Below are positions 41,727 through 51,584 of a stretch of 64,000 nucleotides of DNA, piece after piece. Position 1 is the stretch's first letter, and every line of letters starts with the position of its first letter. This DNA is from Sedimentisphaerales bacterium (GTDB lineage: Bacteria > Planctomycetota > Phycisphaerae > Sedimentisphaerales > Anaerobacaceae): assembly GCA_963708075.1 (NCBI GenBank), contig OY970194.1:2560001-2624000 (forward strand). The letters are read 5' to 3'. The position numbers were made by a program, and so were the translations under genes. The notes below the pieces were generated by a model that ran no database searches, had not been told where the DNA came from, and was given only the letters and a program-made list of their open reading frames with translations.

Positions 41727-42162
41727 TGTTTTCGGTCACTCGGCCTTTACAGATTGTGGGGTGGCGGGTACATTCAACTGATGGCCCGATCTGCCATCCA
41801 CTTCGGCTTGGAGAGCCTGCAGCAGCGGCGCAGGTTGGCCTTGTACCCGGGCGGCAGTGTTGCGTTGGTCTATCGCTGAAGGAAGCGACAATGACAGCGG
41901 ATGTGGAGAAGGATTTGCTTGTCCTTGATCCGTGTGTGATATTTGCGCTGTTACGCACGACATGGGTTTCAGTCTGCGCAGCCTTACGGCTGATGGCGCA
42001 AAGGTTGCACGGGCACCGTGCCGTCGGCTCAGTATCGCTGAGACCCGCAAGGCGGCCACCGCCGGGCAACTTCTTCAGATGCCGGCCAGCGGCGGCGTGG
42101 CGATATTCTGCGACAATGTCCCCCTGCGCCTATTCCCGTGGCGATCGTCGACTGGGGAGAAC

Positions 42163-43500
42163 ATGGCTGGGTGTACCATGACTGAGAAAGCAACCCTGTT
42201 CATCAGCCATTCGACGCATGGACTTCCCAAGACCGACGCTTGTGTGCAGGTCCGGGACGCGCTGGCATCGACCTTCCGAGCAAAGAACTGGGACTTCTTC
42301 CTGGACATGAAGGCTATCGCTCCCGGGAACTCCTGGAGAGCGGACATCCTTCACAGCCTGGCCACGGCTCGCGCGGGGATCATCCTGTTCAATCAGAACG
42401 CCTGTGCTTCCACCTGGGTCACAGCGGAGGCTCTCATCCTGTGCTTCCGAAAATCGATCGATCCGGACTTTCCCGTCGTCCCTGTGCTCTTTCCAGGAGT
42501 CAGCCTGGACACCACCTGCATGAAGGCATACGAGCCGTTTCAACTCAATGAGATACAGGCGGATAGATATGACCCCGCTTCCGCTTTGTCCCCGGATGAG
42601 TTTGCGCAAGGGTTGGCGAAGAACGATCGTCTCAAAAGAGCCATGGAACGTCCGGGGAACGGCAGCGCCTGGGTGAAAGCCGTCACGGATTTGCTGAGCA
42701 GGTTGGATATTGATGTCTTGCGCCGCGCGGCCGAGCAACTGTCACTGGACTGCGGATCCCCCCTGCCCCCCGATGAGATGGCCCGCTGTCTGGCATGCTC
42801 CATCGCCAGCGTCATGCACGAGAGGCAGCCGCAGGATTGTGTACCAGCGTTTGGCGAGTTGATACCACCATTACTATCTGAAAAGGCGGCCTCATTGAGA
42901 CGCTATTTGGAGGCCAAATGGGTCGAGAACGAAAGCGTCGAGATTCTCCTCCACGCTTCGCACACGCCGGAAGCCCGAGGTCTTCTGGCGTTGAACACCT
43001 CACACGTACAGGTCACAAATCGCTATATAGATCGGGTGAACTACGAGCTTCCGGCGGGACGCACCCCCTTGCAGCGGATTTCGGTGCCCGAACCGAAAGG
43101 CGATTTCGAGGAACACGGTCTGATTCATGAAGTCGAGTCTGCCATCCGGGCCGTCCTCGTGAAGGATCCTCTCTACGATTCGGAAGGCAACGAACTCCCG
43201 TTAGAAGGGGCGGTGCGAGAGCTGTTATCGTCGGCGAAGAGATTTGCGATCTGTATCTTGCCCCCCCAATACACCTCCAAAGACGTCCTGCTGGAGTTGC
43301 GCAGACGTTTTTCCCGCATCATCTTCATTGTGGAGGCGGGCGACAAGAGCGAGCACATGACGAACTGCTTCGCCGCCGGTGCCAGGCAGCTCAATCCGCT
43401 GCTGAAACCGGCGAAATTGAACGAGTTTGCAGTTCTTCGTCGAGATCTGGACGCTACGTTCGATCAATACAATATCCTCAATTCTGGTGCGCACGTATGA
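42163..43500 (+). CDS. TIR domain protein with uncharacterised C-terminal region (VMAP/inactive-STAND-like adaptor)
   Basis: GGGGAG RBS; LFISHS...FFLDMKAIAPGNSWRADI...GIILF...STWVTAEA, with the catalytic-position Glu. ATGA overlap with the MoxR gene. Confidence 0.8.
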   Translation: MAGCTMTEKATLFISHSTHGLPKTDACVQVRDALASTFRAKNWDFFLDMKAIAPGNSWRADILHSLATARAGIILFNQNACASTWVTAEALILCFRKSIDPDFPVVPVLFPGVSLDTTCMKAYEPFQLNEIQADRYDPASALSPDEFAQGLAKNDRLKRAMERPGNGSAWVKAVTDLLSRLDIDVLRRAAEQLSLDCGSPLPPDEMARCLACSIASVMHERQPQDCVPAFGELIPPLLSEKAASLRRYLEAKWVENESVEILLHASHTPEARGLLALNTSHVQVTNRYIDRVNYELPAGRTPLQRISVPEPKGDFEEHGLIHEVESAIRAVLVKDPLYDSEGNELPLEGAVRELLSSAKRFAICILPPQYTSKDVLLELRRRFSRIIFIVEAGDKSEHMTNCFAAGARQLNPLLKPAKLNEFAVLRRDLDATFDQYNILNSGAHV

Positions 43501-44528
43501 AAACGACCCCACAATACGAACCGTTCCTCCCCTGGGCCAACCTGCCGCGGTACGGAATTCAGGGTGTATCGCCGGATGACCGATCCGGAGACATTTACCT
43601 TGAAGACGAGAGACTTCGGCTTGTGACCGAAGTGGCGATCGTCGCCAGGAGGCCATTGCTGATTCGCGGCGAGCCCGGCTCCGGCAAGTCCTCGTATGCG
43701 CCGTTTGCGGCCCGAAACCTCAACTGGCGTTACTACGAGTACACTGTAACGGGCCGGACGGAGGCAAAGGATCTGCTCTGGCGATTTGACGCGCTTGCTC
43801 GCTTGCGCGACGCTCAAGCGCAAGTGAAGCGAGAGCAAATGAAGCCTGCGCGTTATGTGACGCCGGGGGTCCTGTGGTGGGCTTTCAATCGGCAGGACGC
43901 GATAGCATTCTCCGCAACCGTGCACTCGAGGCGAACCGCGACCGCGACCCAGAGCCGGATCACGGAGCCTTTCGCCGAGGTGAACCGCAACCGCAATCCC
44001 GCGGGGGTGGTGGTCCTGATCGACGAAATCGACAAAGCGGATCCAGACGTGCCGAACGATCTCCTGGAAGTCATGGGGATGAATCGCTTTCGAGTGGAAG
44101 AAGCGGATCACGAGGTGGAGAGCCAACTGGCTGCCTCGCCGGGAGATTTCGACCCGGCGAATCGGTATGGTAGACTGCTGATTGTCATTACCACCAACGA
44201 GGAGCGCGACTTGCCGGCGGCTTTCCTGCGCCGATGCATCGTCCACACCTTGGAGGAACCGAAAGACAAGGAGTCAAGGATGCAACGACTGGGCAGCATC
44301 GCCCGCCTGCACATGGCGTCCCTGATCGAGAACCAACCCCAGGGTGTGGATTTTGTCAAACAGATCGCCGGGAAATGCGAGGATTTGCGTGAAGAGGCCC
44401 GACACAAGCAGCGGCGCGGGCCGAGCATAGCCGAATTTCTGGATGCCGTCCGGGTCTGTCTGACCCTCGGCGTTCCGCCTACCGATGCACGGTGGCAAAC
44501 GATTCAGCAAAATGTTCTGCTCAAGTAG
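43497..44528 (+). CDS. MoxR-family AAA+ ATPase
   Basis: RPLLIRGEPGSGKS, LLWRFDALARLRDA, VVLIDEIDKAD...PNDLL, IVITTNEERDLPAAFLRRC. Confidence 0.93.
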   Translation: MKTTPQYEPFLPWANLPRYGIQGVSPDDRSGDIYLEDERLRLVTEVAIVARRPLLIRGEPGSGKSSYAPFAARNLNWRYYEYTVTGRTEAKDLLWRFDALARLRDAQAQVKREQMKPARYVTPGVLWWAFNRQDAIAFSATVHSRRTATATQSRITEPFAEVNRNRNPAGVVVLIDEIDKADPDVPNDLLEVMGMNRFRVEEADHEVESQLAASPGDFDPANRYGRLLIVITTNEERDLPAAFLRRCIVHTLEEPKDKESRMQRLGSIARLHMASLIENQPQGVDFVKQIAGKCEDLREEARHKQRRGPSIAEFLDAVRVCLTLGVPPTDARWQTIQQNVLLK

Positions 44529-44579
44529 ATCACGATCCCTTTCAATAACGAGGACGTTTCCCCAACAGGAGAGGCCAGG

Positions 44580-45551
44580 ATGAACATGTGGCAAGGACAT
44601 CCGCGGAGCGAAGTGGGTCTTGCCGAGATGGTGCAAGCCTGCTATGTCCTCAATTTGTGCGAGGAAACCCATCTGCAGTGGCTGGCTCAGTCTCTGGGCC
44701 TGTTTTGGGCCAAAGTACCCGACCGCGAGGGCGATTCCACAGCCGCCGGAGCTGCGCCGAGCCCAGCGTCCTCTCCGCCCCCCGCCACCCCACCGAAACC
44801 CGAGCCACCCCGAAAGCTCCAATTGCTCGATCCGGTGGCTCAGAAGCCCATGGCCTTTGACGTGTTGCTCGCCGGGGATGCAGAGAGGGTCCGATCTGCG
44901 GCTCAACTCCGAGTTCCGGCCGCACCCACCAGCCGGGAATCCTCCTCGCACCAACCGTTGTTCGGGGATCGGTGGTTCCTCGGCATCATAAGTGCCATTC
45001 TCGCCACCCAAATGACCTCCCACGAAATCGACCTCCAGCTTCTGTGGCGGAGTATCATCCATGGTGAGGTCTTCAAGAAGCTTCCGCTGCGAAAGCATTC
45101 GAGTTTGATCAAGGGCGTGCATCTGCTCCTGGATCGCTCGGAATCGATGCAGCCGTTCTGGCGTGACCAGACCCAATTGGTGAGCCGACTGCGTCGCCTC
45201 CTCGGCAGACCCAAAGTTCAGACCACATGGTTCGAGTTTGATCCGCTCAGGCCCCGTGAGACACGTCTGATCTGGCCCGCGCGCATGCCGAATCGCTTTC
45301 GGGAGACAACCCCCGTTCTCCTCGTCACGGATTTTGGAATCGGAATGGACCCCCTGGCGGCTTACTACATGGAGTGGGAGCCTTGGCTTCCCGTTTTCCA
45401 GCTTGCCCGGAGTTGCCGCTGTCGAGTGCTTGCCCTGGTTGCGGCTCCGAGCAACCTGTGGCCCGCGGGCTTGGAACAGTTCGTCGATGGGGCTGTCGTT
45501 TGGGATCGTGAAACATCTCCACAGGTGGCCACACGCCTATGCCGAACGTAG
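44580..45551 (+). CDS. vWA-domain partner of MoxR
   Basis: Pro-rich linker, MIDAS-like LLLDRSESMQPF, PVLLVTDFG. Confidence 0.75.
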   Translation: MNMWQGHPRSEVGLAEMVQACYVLNLCEETHLQWLAQSLGLFWAKVPDREGDSTAAGAAPSPASSPPPATPPKPEPPRKLQLLDPVAQKPMAFDVLLAGDAERVRSAAQLRVPAAPTSRESSSHQPLFGDRWFLGIISAILATQMTSHEIDLQLLWRSIIHGEVFKKLPLRKHSSLIKGVHLLLDRSESMQPFWRDQTQLVSRLRRLLGRPKVQTTWFEFDPLRPRETRLIWPARMPNRFRETTPVLLVTDFGIGMDPLAAYYMEWEPWLPVFQLARSCRCRVLALVAAPSNLWPAGLEQFVDGAVVWDRETSPQVATRLCRT

Positions 45552-48500
45552 AGACAATCGCTCACGATGAATCGGGTGCCATCGAGGAGGCACGCTCTGA
45601 AGTGGCGGCTTGCGAAAGGAGGCGGCCTGACGTCGTGGCGTTGGCGGAACTCGCCTCCCTGGCTCGGTTCATCGAACCGGAGTTGCTTCGCGCGATCCGA
45701 CTGGAACTGGGCGAGCGAGCCGCCGGATCGACACGAATGACGGTGGCCAGCGAGTCGGCTGTCTGGTTCAGCCCATTTGTCGCAAGTCGGGGCGCGGACG
45801 GTATTACCTTCCTGCCGGAGTATTGCCACGTGCTTCGACCGCGACTGGCCGCCCATCGCCTCCTTCTGGAGGACACCAGGCGCGTCGTTGAGGAGTGCCA
45901 CAAATCGGCCCCCGACGTGCTTCAGTGGGAAGAGAGAATCGTATATCTCGCATTAACCGGACGGTTGGACGAACTGGAGAATGAAATCGTACGGGGCATC
46001 AAAAGCATCTCTCAAGGAACCAGGCCGCCGCTGGTCAATTGGATCCTCGAAATGGGGCCCCGTCTGCCGCAAGAGGTGTCCAACAACGCACTGTTGAACA
46101 AGCTCCACAGCCTGGCCGCCGGTTTGTCGCTGCGACGAACTCCCACCGGCGCCGGCAGCAAGGGACTGATTCTCGATTTCTCCTCCTTGCCGACGCGCGA
46201 ATTGGGGGTAGCGCTTCGAGAGAACAACTTCGTGATCGGGGACGTACCGCAAGCCACTGTCGGAATTCGAGTGCCCGACTGGGAGCCGGTGGAAATCGAT
46301 ATTCTGACACCCAAGGAATTGATTACCGGCCAACCCCTTGTTGTATCCCGCGACGGATTTGCGGAAGTCAGCGCCTCCAGGGGAGTCGTGCGGATTCAGA
46401 CGGTGGCTGGCCACGTCTACGAACTCGATCCGGCCTCTTTCCGGCCCCTCCAGTCTCATACGATCTTCATCAGCTATAGTCACGAGGATGAAGCGTGGAA
46501 AGACAAGCTGCTGCCGCATCTCAAGGTGCTGGAACCGGCCGGCATGAACATCAGAATCCGGAGTGATATGGAAATTGACGGCGAGGCAAACCGGCATTCT
46601 CAAATCCAGGACGCCCTCGCCGAAGCCGACGTCGCCGTGCTGTTGATCTCGCCTGACTACCTGGCCTCTCGTTCCATAATGGATAAAGAGGTCCCCGTTT
46701 TGCTGGAGCGTCAGAAGAGGGACAACATCCTCTTGATTCCTCTGCTCGTTCGCCCATGCAGGTGGGAGACACACCAATGGTTGAGGGACCGACCGATGCT
46801 GCCCCGAGACGGCAGATCGATGGCGACCGATTATCCGGGAGAGAAGGCCGACACCGTTTTGAGCGAGATAGCTCGTTACATTCACGAGCATCTCACCCGT
46901 CTCGGAGACCCTTCGCAACGTGAGGCGATGCCGCGGGGCAGTGACGAGTGGCCCCAGTTATCACCGAACGATGTCTCCATTGCCAGGCTCCCTACTTCCA
47001 GCGAGCACTTCCTGGGTCGCGACGACGAACTGGCCTTCCTCGACGCAGCATGGGCAGGAGAACTCGGCTCGAAGTTCGTGTTGCACGATTCCCGCTTCAC
47101 GTATCCCAAACCTCGGCCCACTGTTCTCACTATCGTCGCTTGGGGCGGCGTCGGCAAATCCGCCCTCATCAACGAGTGGCTTGCGCGCATGGCGCGCGAT
47201 CACTGGCGTGGAGCGGAGCGGGTCTTTGCGTGGAGCTTCTACAGCCAGGGCACGCGGGACCGCGTCGCTTCCGGCGACTCGTTCATTGCCGAAGCGCTCA
47301 AGTGGTTCGGCGACCCGGACCCCGTCGCCGGGTCCCCATGGGACAGAGGCGAGCGGCTCGCCCGGCTCATCCGCCGGCAGCGCACGCTGCTTCTTCTGGA
47401 CGGCTTGGAGACGCTTCAGCAGCCGCCGAACGCCCCGGAGCCGGGCCAGATCACCGACCCCGCGCTGGCCGCGCTCGTCCGCGAGTTGGCCATGGAGAAC
47501 CCGGGCCTGTGCGTCATCACCACCCGTGAGCCAGTGACCGACCTCGCCGGCACACACCGGGCCACCACCGCCCAACTCGACCTCGCACACCTGTCCCCCG
47601 AAGCCGGCGCTATGCTCCTGCGTGAGTTGGGCGTGCAAGGCGCTGACAGCGAGTTACGGCAGCTCGTGCAGGAGGTGCGCGGCCATGCCCTGACTCTCAG
47701 CCTGACCGGCAGATATCTGGTAATGGCCTACGCCGGCGACATCCGTAAACGTGGGGAATTGAAGCTCCTCAAGGCCGACGCCGCAGTGCAAGGCGGCCAC
47801 GCCTTCCACATCATGGAAACGTATGACAGGTGGTTCCTCCGCGAGGGCGAGCAGGGCCGGCCGCTGATCGCCATCCTGCATCTGCTTGGCCTCTTCGATG
47901 GACCGGCGGACTCAGGATGTCTCGCCGCATTGCGGAGGAAGCCACCCATCGCCGATCTCACGGAGCCGCTTATGGGTCTTACCGACGCCCAATGGAGACT
48001 CGCTATCTCGCAGTTGGCCTCCTGCGGTCTCGTGTCAGTCCAATCTGACGAATCCGCAATCGATTCTCATGCCTTGGTCCGCGAGTATTATGCCGAGCAG
48101 GTGCGAACGCGATTTCCTGCGGCATGGAGGGAAGGTCAGAACCGATGCTATGAACACTTCCAACAGATTGCACCCGAACGGCCCGACACGCTGGAAGAGA
48201 TGATGCCGCTCTTTGCCGCCGTGACCCATGGCTGCCAGGCTGACCAGCATCAACGTGCGTTTGACGACGTGTACTACCGACGGATTTGCCGCGAGAGTGA
48301 GTTGTATCAACTCCGCAGGCTTGGCGTCTTCGGTGCTGATCTTGGGGCTATTTCCGGCTTCTTCCTCCGGCCTTGGGATGAGCCGGTCCCGACTTTGCGC
48401 GATTCCAGCCAAGCATGGTTGTTGAACGCGGCGAGTTTCGACCTGCGAGCTCTGGGCCGTCCGGCGGAGGCGATGCAGCCGGCGCGAACCAAACTGGACG

Positions 48501-49471
48501 CACACGCGGCCAAGGAGGACTGGGAGCAGGTCGCACGCGCTGCTGGCCACCTCAGTGAGTCGAGCCTGACACTGGGAGCACTGACGGAGGCCGCGCAGTA
48601 TGCCAGGCAGAGTATGAACCTCGCTGATCGCAGCGAGAATATGTTGTGCCAAATCACCAGCCGCACGGCGCTGGCCGATGTCCTGCACCAAGCCGGCCAG
48701 TTGGAGGAAGCCGAAAAGCTGTTCCACGAGGCCGAAATCATGCAGACGAAGACGCAGCCGGAGTACCCGCTGCTCTGTTCATTGCAGGGCTACCGGTATT
48801 GCGACCTGTTGTTGACCCTGGGCGGTTGCGGGCCGTTGCTGTCGGATTCAGTCAGCCGATCTCAGAAAGCTCCTGTCGAATCGCCGACGCGTTCTGCCTT
48901 CACCCCGGGCTCTGCCTGCGAGCCCCAGTCCGCGATCCAAGCGTGCCACGCGGTGCAGCAACGCGCCACTCAAACGATCAGGATTGCCGAGCAGGGCCAA
49001 TGGCCTCTCGACATTGCGCTCGATCATCTGAGTCTGGGTCGAGCCATCCTGCTGGAGCATGTCCTGGGGCCCGATGATCAACCGCTGGACCCTGCATCCA
49101 AACACCTGAATGCCGCCGTGGACGGCCTTCGGCGAGCCGGAAGACAGGATTGCCTGCCTCTCGGCCTGCTGGCACGAGCCGCGCTGTGGCGGGTCGGCGG
49201 CGACCCGGTCGGCGCGGCGCGTGATTTGGGCGAAGCGAAGGGACTGGCCGACCGGAGCGGTATGAAGCTCTTCCTGATCGACGGTCTGATCGAGCAAGCG
49301 TGTCAATTGATTCAGGAGCCGGGGAGCAGGACTCAGAAGTCGACGGGCGAGCGGCTGGAGTCGGCCCTGGAGTGTGTGGCAAGAGCTAGGACGCTCATCG
49401 AATCCACCGGCTATCACCGCCGTGACAGAGAGATCCGTTACCTCGAACAGAGCATAGAAAGACAATCGTAA
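45539..49471 (+). CDS. NLR-like protein: N-terminal domain, TIR, STAND NTPase, TPR
   Basis: N-terminal LAELASLARFIEPELLRAIRL...ESAVWFSP; TIR IFISYSHED...AVLLISPDYLAS...DKEV; FLGRDDEL; Walker A AWGGVGKS; Walker B LLLLDGLE; CVITTR; GHALTL; TPR-like C-terminus. Confidence 0.88.
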   Translation: MPNVETIAHDESGAIEEARSEVAACERRRPDVVALAELASLARFIEPELLRAIRLELGERAAGSTRMTVASESAVWFSPFVASRGADGITFLPEYCHVLRPRLAAHRLLLEDTRRVVEECHKSAPDVLQWEERIVYLALTGRLDELENEIVRGIKSISQGTRPPLVNWILEMGPRLPQEVSNNALLNKLHSLAAGLSLRRTPTGAGSKGLILDFSSLPTRELGVALRENNFVIGDVPQATVGIRVPDWEPVEIDILTPKELITGQPLVVSRDGFAEVSASRGVVRIQTVAGHVYELDPASFRPLQSHTIFISYSHEDEAWKDKLLPHLKVLEPAGMNIRIRSDMEIDGEANRHSQIQDALAEADVAVLLISPDYLASRSIMDKEVPVLLERQKRDNILLIPLLVRPCRWETHQWLRDRPMLPRDGRSMATDYPGEKADTVLSEIARYIHEHLTRLGDPSQREAMPRGSDEWPQLSPNDVSIARLPTSSEHFLGRDDELAFLDAAWAGELGSKFVLHDSRFTYPKPRPTVLTIVAWGGVGKSALINEWLARMARDHWRGAERVFAWSFYSQGTRDRVASGDSFIAEALKWFGDPDPVAGSPWDRGERLARLIRRQRTLLLLDGLETLQQPPNAPEPGQITDPALAALVRELAMENPGLCVITTREPVTDLAGTHRATTAQLDLAHLSPEAGAMLLRELGVQGADSELRQLVQEVRGHALTLSLTGRYLVMAYAGDIRKRGELKLLKADAAVQGGHAFHIMETYDRWFLREGEQGRPLIAILHLLGLFDGPADSGCLAALRRKPPIADLTEPLMGLTDAQWRLAISQLASCGLVSVQSDESAIDSHALVREYYAEQVRTRFPAAWREGQNRCYEHFQQIAPERPDTLEEMMPLFAAVTHGCQADQHQRAFDDVYYRRICRESELYQLRRLGVFGADLGAISGFFLRPWDEPVPTLRDSSQAWLLNAASFDLRALGRPAEAMQPARTKLDAHAAKEDWEQVARAAGHLSESSLTLGALTEAAQYARQSMNLADRSENMLCQITSRTALADVLHQAGQLEEAEKLFHEAEIMQTKTQPEYPLLCSLQGYRYCDLLLTLGGCGPLLSDSVSRSQKAPVESPTRSAFTPGSACEPQSAIQACHAVQQRATQTIRIAEQGQWPLDIALDHLSLGRAILLEHVLGPDDQPLDPASKHLNAAVDGLRRAGRQDCLPLGLLARAALWRVGGDPVGAARDLGEAKGLADRSGMKLFLIDGLIEQACQLIQEPGSRTQKSTGERLESALECVARARTLIESTGYHRRDREIRYLEQSIERQS

Positions 49472-49949
49472 GCAGAGCCTGGGCGTCGTTCACAGATGCT
49501 TATGCATCGGGCAGGTTCAATCGCAGCCCGCACCGGTCCATGCGGGAGCGCGTTCACTGTCCCAATGTCAACAATGTATAGACGCTGTAGCCCGTTCCGC
49601 CGGCAGTGGCACCATCCAGCGGGTGGCGTTGGAGGACTTTGGGCTGTTGGTTTAGCATCCGTCGTCCCGGCTGGAGCATCCGCCCCGCAGGTCAGACTCG
49701 ACTCGACCGATCCGCCGGACTTCGCAGCGCGACCAACGGATGAGCTGCACGAGCTGCTCAAGCCGACCTTGGGGCTTGAGAATCAGTTCCGGCTATGTCA
49801 TAATCATGATCGGGCCTTCGCTCCATTTGCGCGGTTCAATGAGGAGACCGTATCGTTGACACACATACCGCAAACGATCTTTGTTCGCGTGGGAACGCCC
49901 AAAGGCATGTATCCCGAGGACTTCGCATGGCTGTTGAAAGGATACCGAG

Positions 49950-50993
49950 ATGGACACGAAAATCAGCGAGGACGCGGCGAACGTAGAAGCGTTGATTCGA
50001 AGGGCAGAGAAAGACATCGGCTCGGATGATCTTGAGGATTACCGCATCCGGCCGACGATCTTCCCTCAAACCACCCAGCGCCCGGCGCCGGAACTTGCCG
50101 ACGTATTGCGCGACAGTCTGCTGACTGAGACGGCGATGCGCTATGAAACGAAAGACGCCAAGGCGCAGGCGGCTCAGAGGTCACTCAAGCGGTTGGCGAA
50201 CTGTAGTACCTGGTCAGTTTTCGTCGTGACGGTAACGGGTGCCCTGCTTGCCAGCCTGAGTATTTTCTCTGCCGCCGACACGAGTTCACGTTGGAGGCCA
50301 GTGGTTATATTGCTGAGCTGTTGCGCCTTATTGGGCGGGGCGTTGGCAAGCTGGTGCCTTTGCCGCATCGACAAACAACATCTCCTTCGAGACTGGATGA
50401 GCGCGCGCGCTGGTGCGGAGTCAGAGAGGCTGGCCTACTTCGAACGGCTCGTTCAGCGCATCACGGAGAATCACGCGGAGGACCCGCGTGTGATGTTGCT
50501 CTGCCTGGAATTCTTTCGCCGCTATCAACTTGCCGTACAGCAGGTGTACTATAGGACGCGTACCCAGGATCATGGTAGCTCGCGAAGGAAAACGGTCGCC
50601 ATCGGGGCTGTTGCGGTAGCCATCCTTTCCGTCGGTTCCGGCGGTTTCGGCATATGGGCATCCATCCGACCTGAGGTGCTTCCGCTGGCAGCACTTGGGG
50701 CTATCGGAAGCGCCTTAGCCATCGTGGCCACTCGTCGTGAGGAACTCAACCAGGACGAACGTAACGCTGAACGATTTGAACGCACCTCAGATGCGTTGAG
50801 CCATGTCAGGGAGCGCCACTCCGCCGTCCAGAATGCTGTTGCACGCGGCAACTCGCGGGTCCTCTCACAATATGTCGCTGCTGTTCATGAGCAGGTTTCA
50901 CTTGAACATCGGCAGTGGCTTGCAGACGCTGAGACCATAGGCGTACAAATCAAGGAGTTGAACGCATCTCTCAAAGACCTTGGGGAGAAGTGA
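49950..50993 (+). CDS. DUF4231/SLATT-like membrane protein (two 2TM units)
   Basis: First TM pair followed by DWMSARAGAESER; QQVYY...; second TM pair; ends HEQVSLEHRQW. Confidence 0.7.
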   Translation: MDTKISEDAANVEALIRRAEKDIGSDDLEDYRIRPTIFPQTTQRPAPELADVLRDSLLTETAMRYETKDAKAQAAQRSLKRLANCSTWSVFVVTVTGALLASLSIFSAADTSSRWRPVVILLSCCALLGGALASWCLCRIDKQHLLRDWMSARAGAESERLAYFERLVQRITENHAEDPRVMLLCLEFFRRYQLAVQQVYYRTRTQDHGSSRRKTVAIGAVAVAILSVGSGGFGIWASIRPEVLPLAALGAIGSALAIVATRREELNQDERNAERFERTSDALSHVRERHSAVQNAVARGNSRVLSQYVAAVHEQVSLEHRQWLADAETIGVQIKELNASLKDLGEK

Positions 50994-51383
50994 GGTTGTC
51001 GACCACCTCTTCTGTCCATGGCGTGCAGCGATGGTTCCGTCGCTTCGTCCTCCAGCTCCAGAAGGTGTTCCCCGGGCTCCAGCCGGATCATCCGGTTCGT
51101 GTCACCTGGAATCGTCTCGCTGATTCTGCCCCCCGCCTCACATGGGAATTGTATTACAGGCCGCGCCGCGTCCGTTCTCTTGCCACGCACTTTCTGGGTG
51201 CACGACAAAAAAGTGGCACTCGATCCGGGTGGCAGCGTCAAGGCCGAAGGCCTTGGCGATGGTTATGCTGCGTCCGAGGCAGGCCATCGCCAAGCTGCGC
51301 TTGACGCTGCCACCCAAGAGTCTCATCCTCGCTCTGCCACAATCTTGTCGTACACCCCACTTTCTCAGGCCCGGAATAAATGC

Positions 51384-51413
51384 TTGCTCTCTCACGAGAA
51401 GAGGTAATATAAT
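51384..51413 (+). promoter_or_regulatory. Putative sigma70 promoter of the phosphoesterase-CHAT pair
   Basis: TTGCTC-18 bp-TATAAT; the gene at 51585 has an AAAGGAGG RBS. Confidence 0.45.
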
Positions 51414-51584
51414 CATGTCTTACTCGGTGCCCAAGAACTGTGGGGCCTCTGCAAGAGGACAGAACAGCAGTTATTTGGATTGAGGCGGGAAACAAAAATT
51501 TCGCAATTCGCCCACGTAGAAACAAGCGGCGTGTCTTGTCACTGAACAAGTACGGAGAGAACAAGGCCTTGAAAGGAGGTTCAG

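Noticed and set aside
41932..42162. 77-aa N-terminal extension of the TIR protein in the ORF track
   Set aside because: A better RBS and the domain start lie at 42163; the upstream part looks non-coding.
49496..50029. 177-aa ORF between the NLR-like gene and the SLATT-like gene
   Set aside because: No RBS or motif, and it overlaps the next gene by 80 bp. A small gene or RNA here cannot be excluded.
50994..51580. Additional gene or ncRNA in the 590-bp gap
   Set aside because: Only short conflicting ORFs and a promoter-like motif; no supportable structure.
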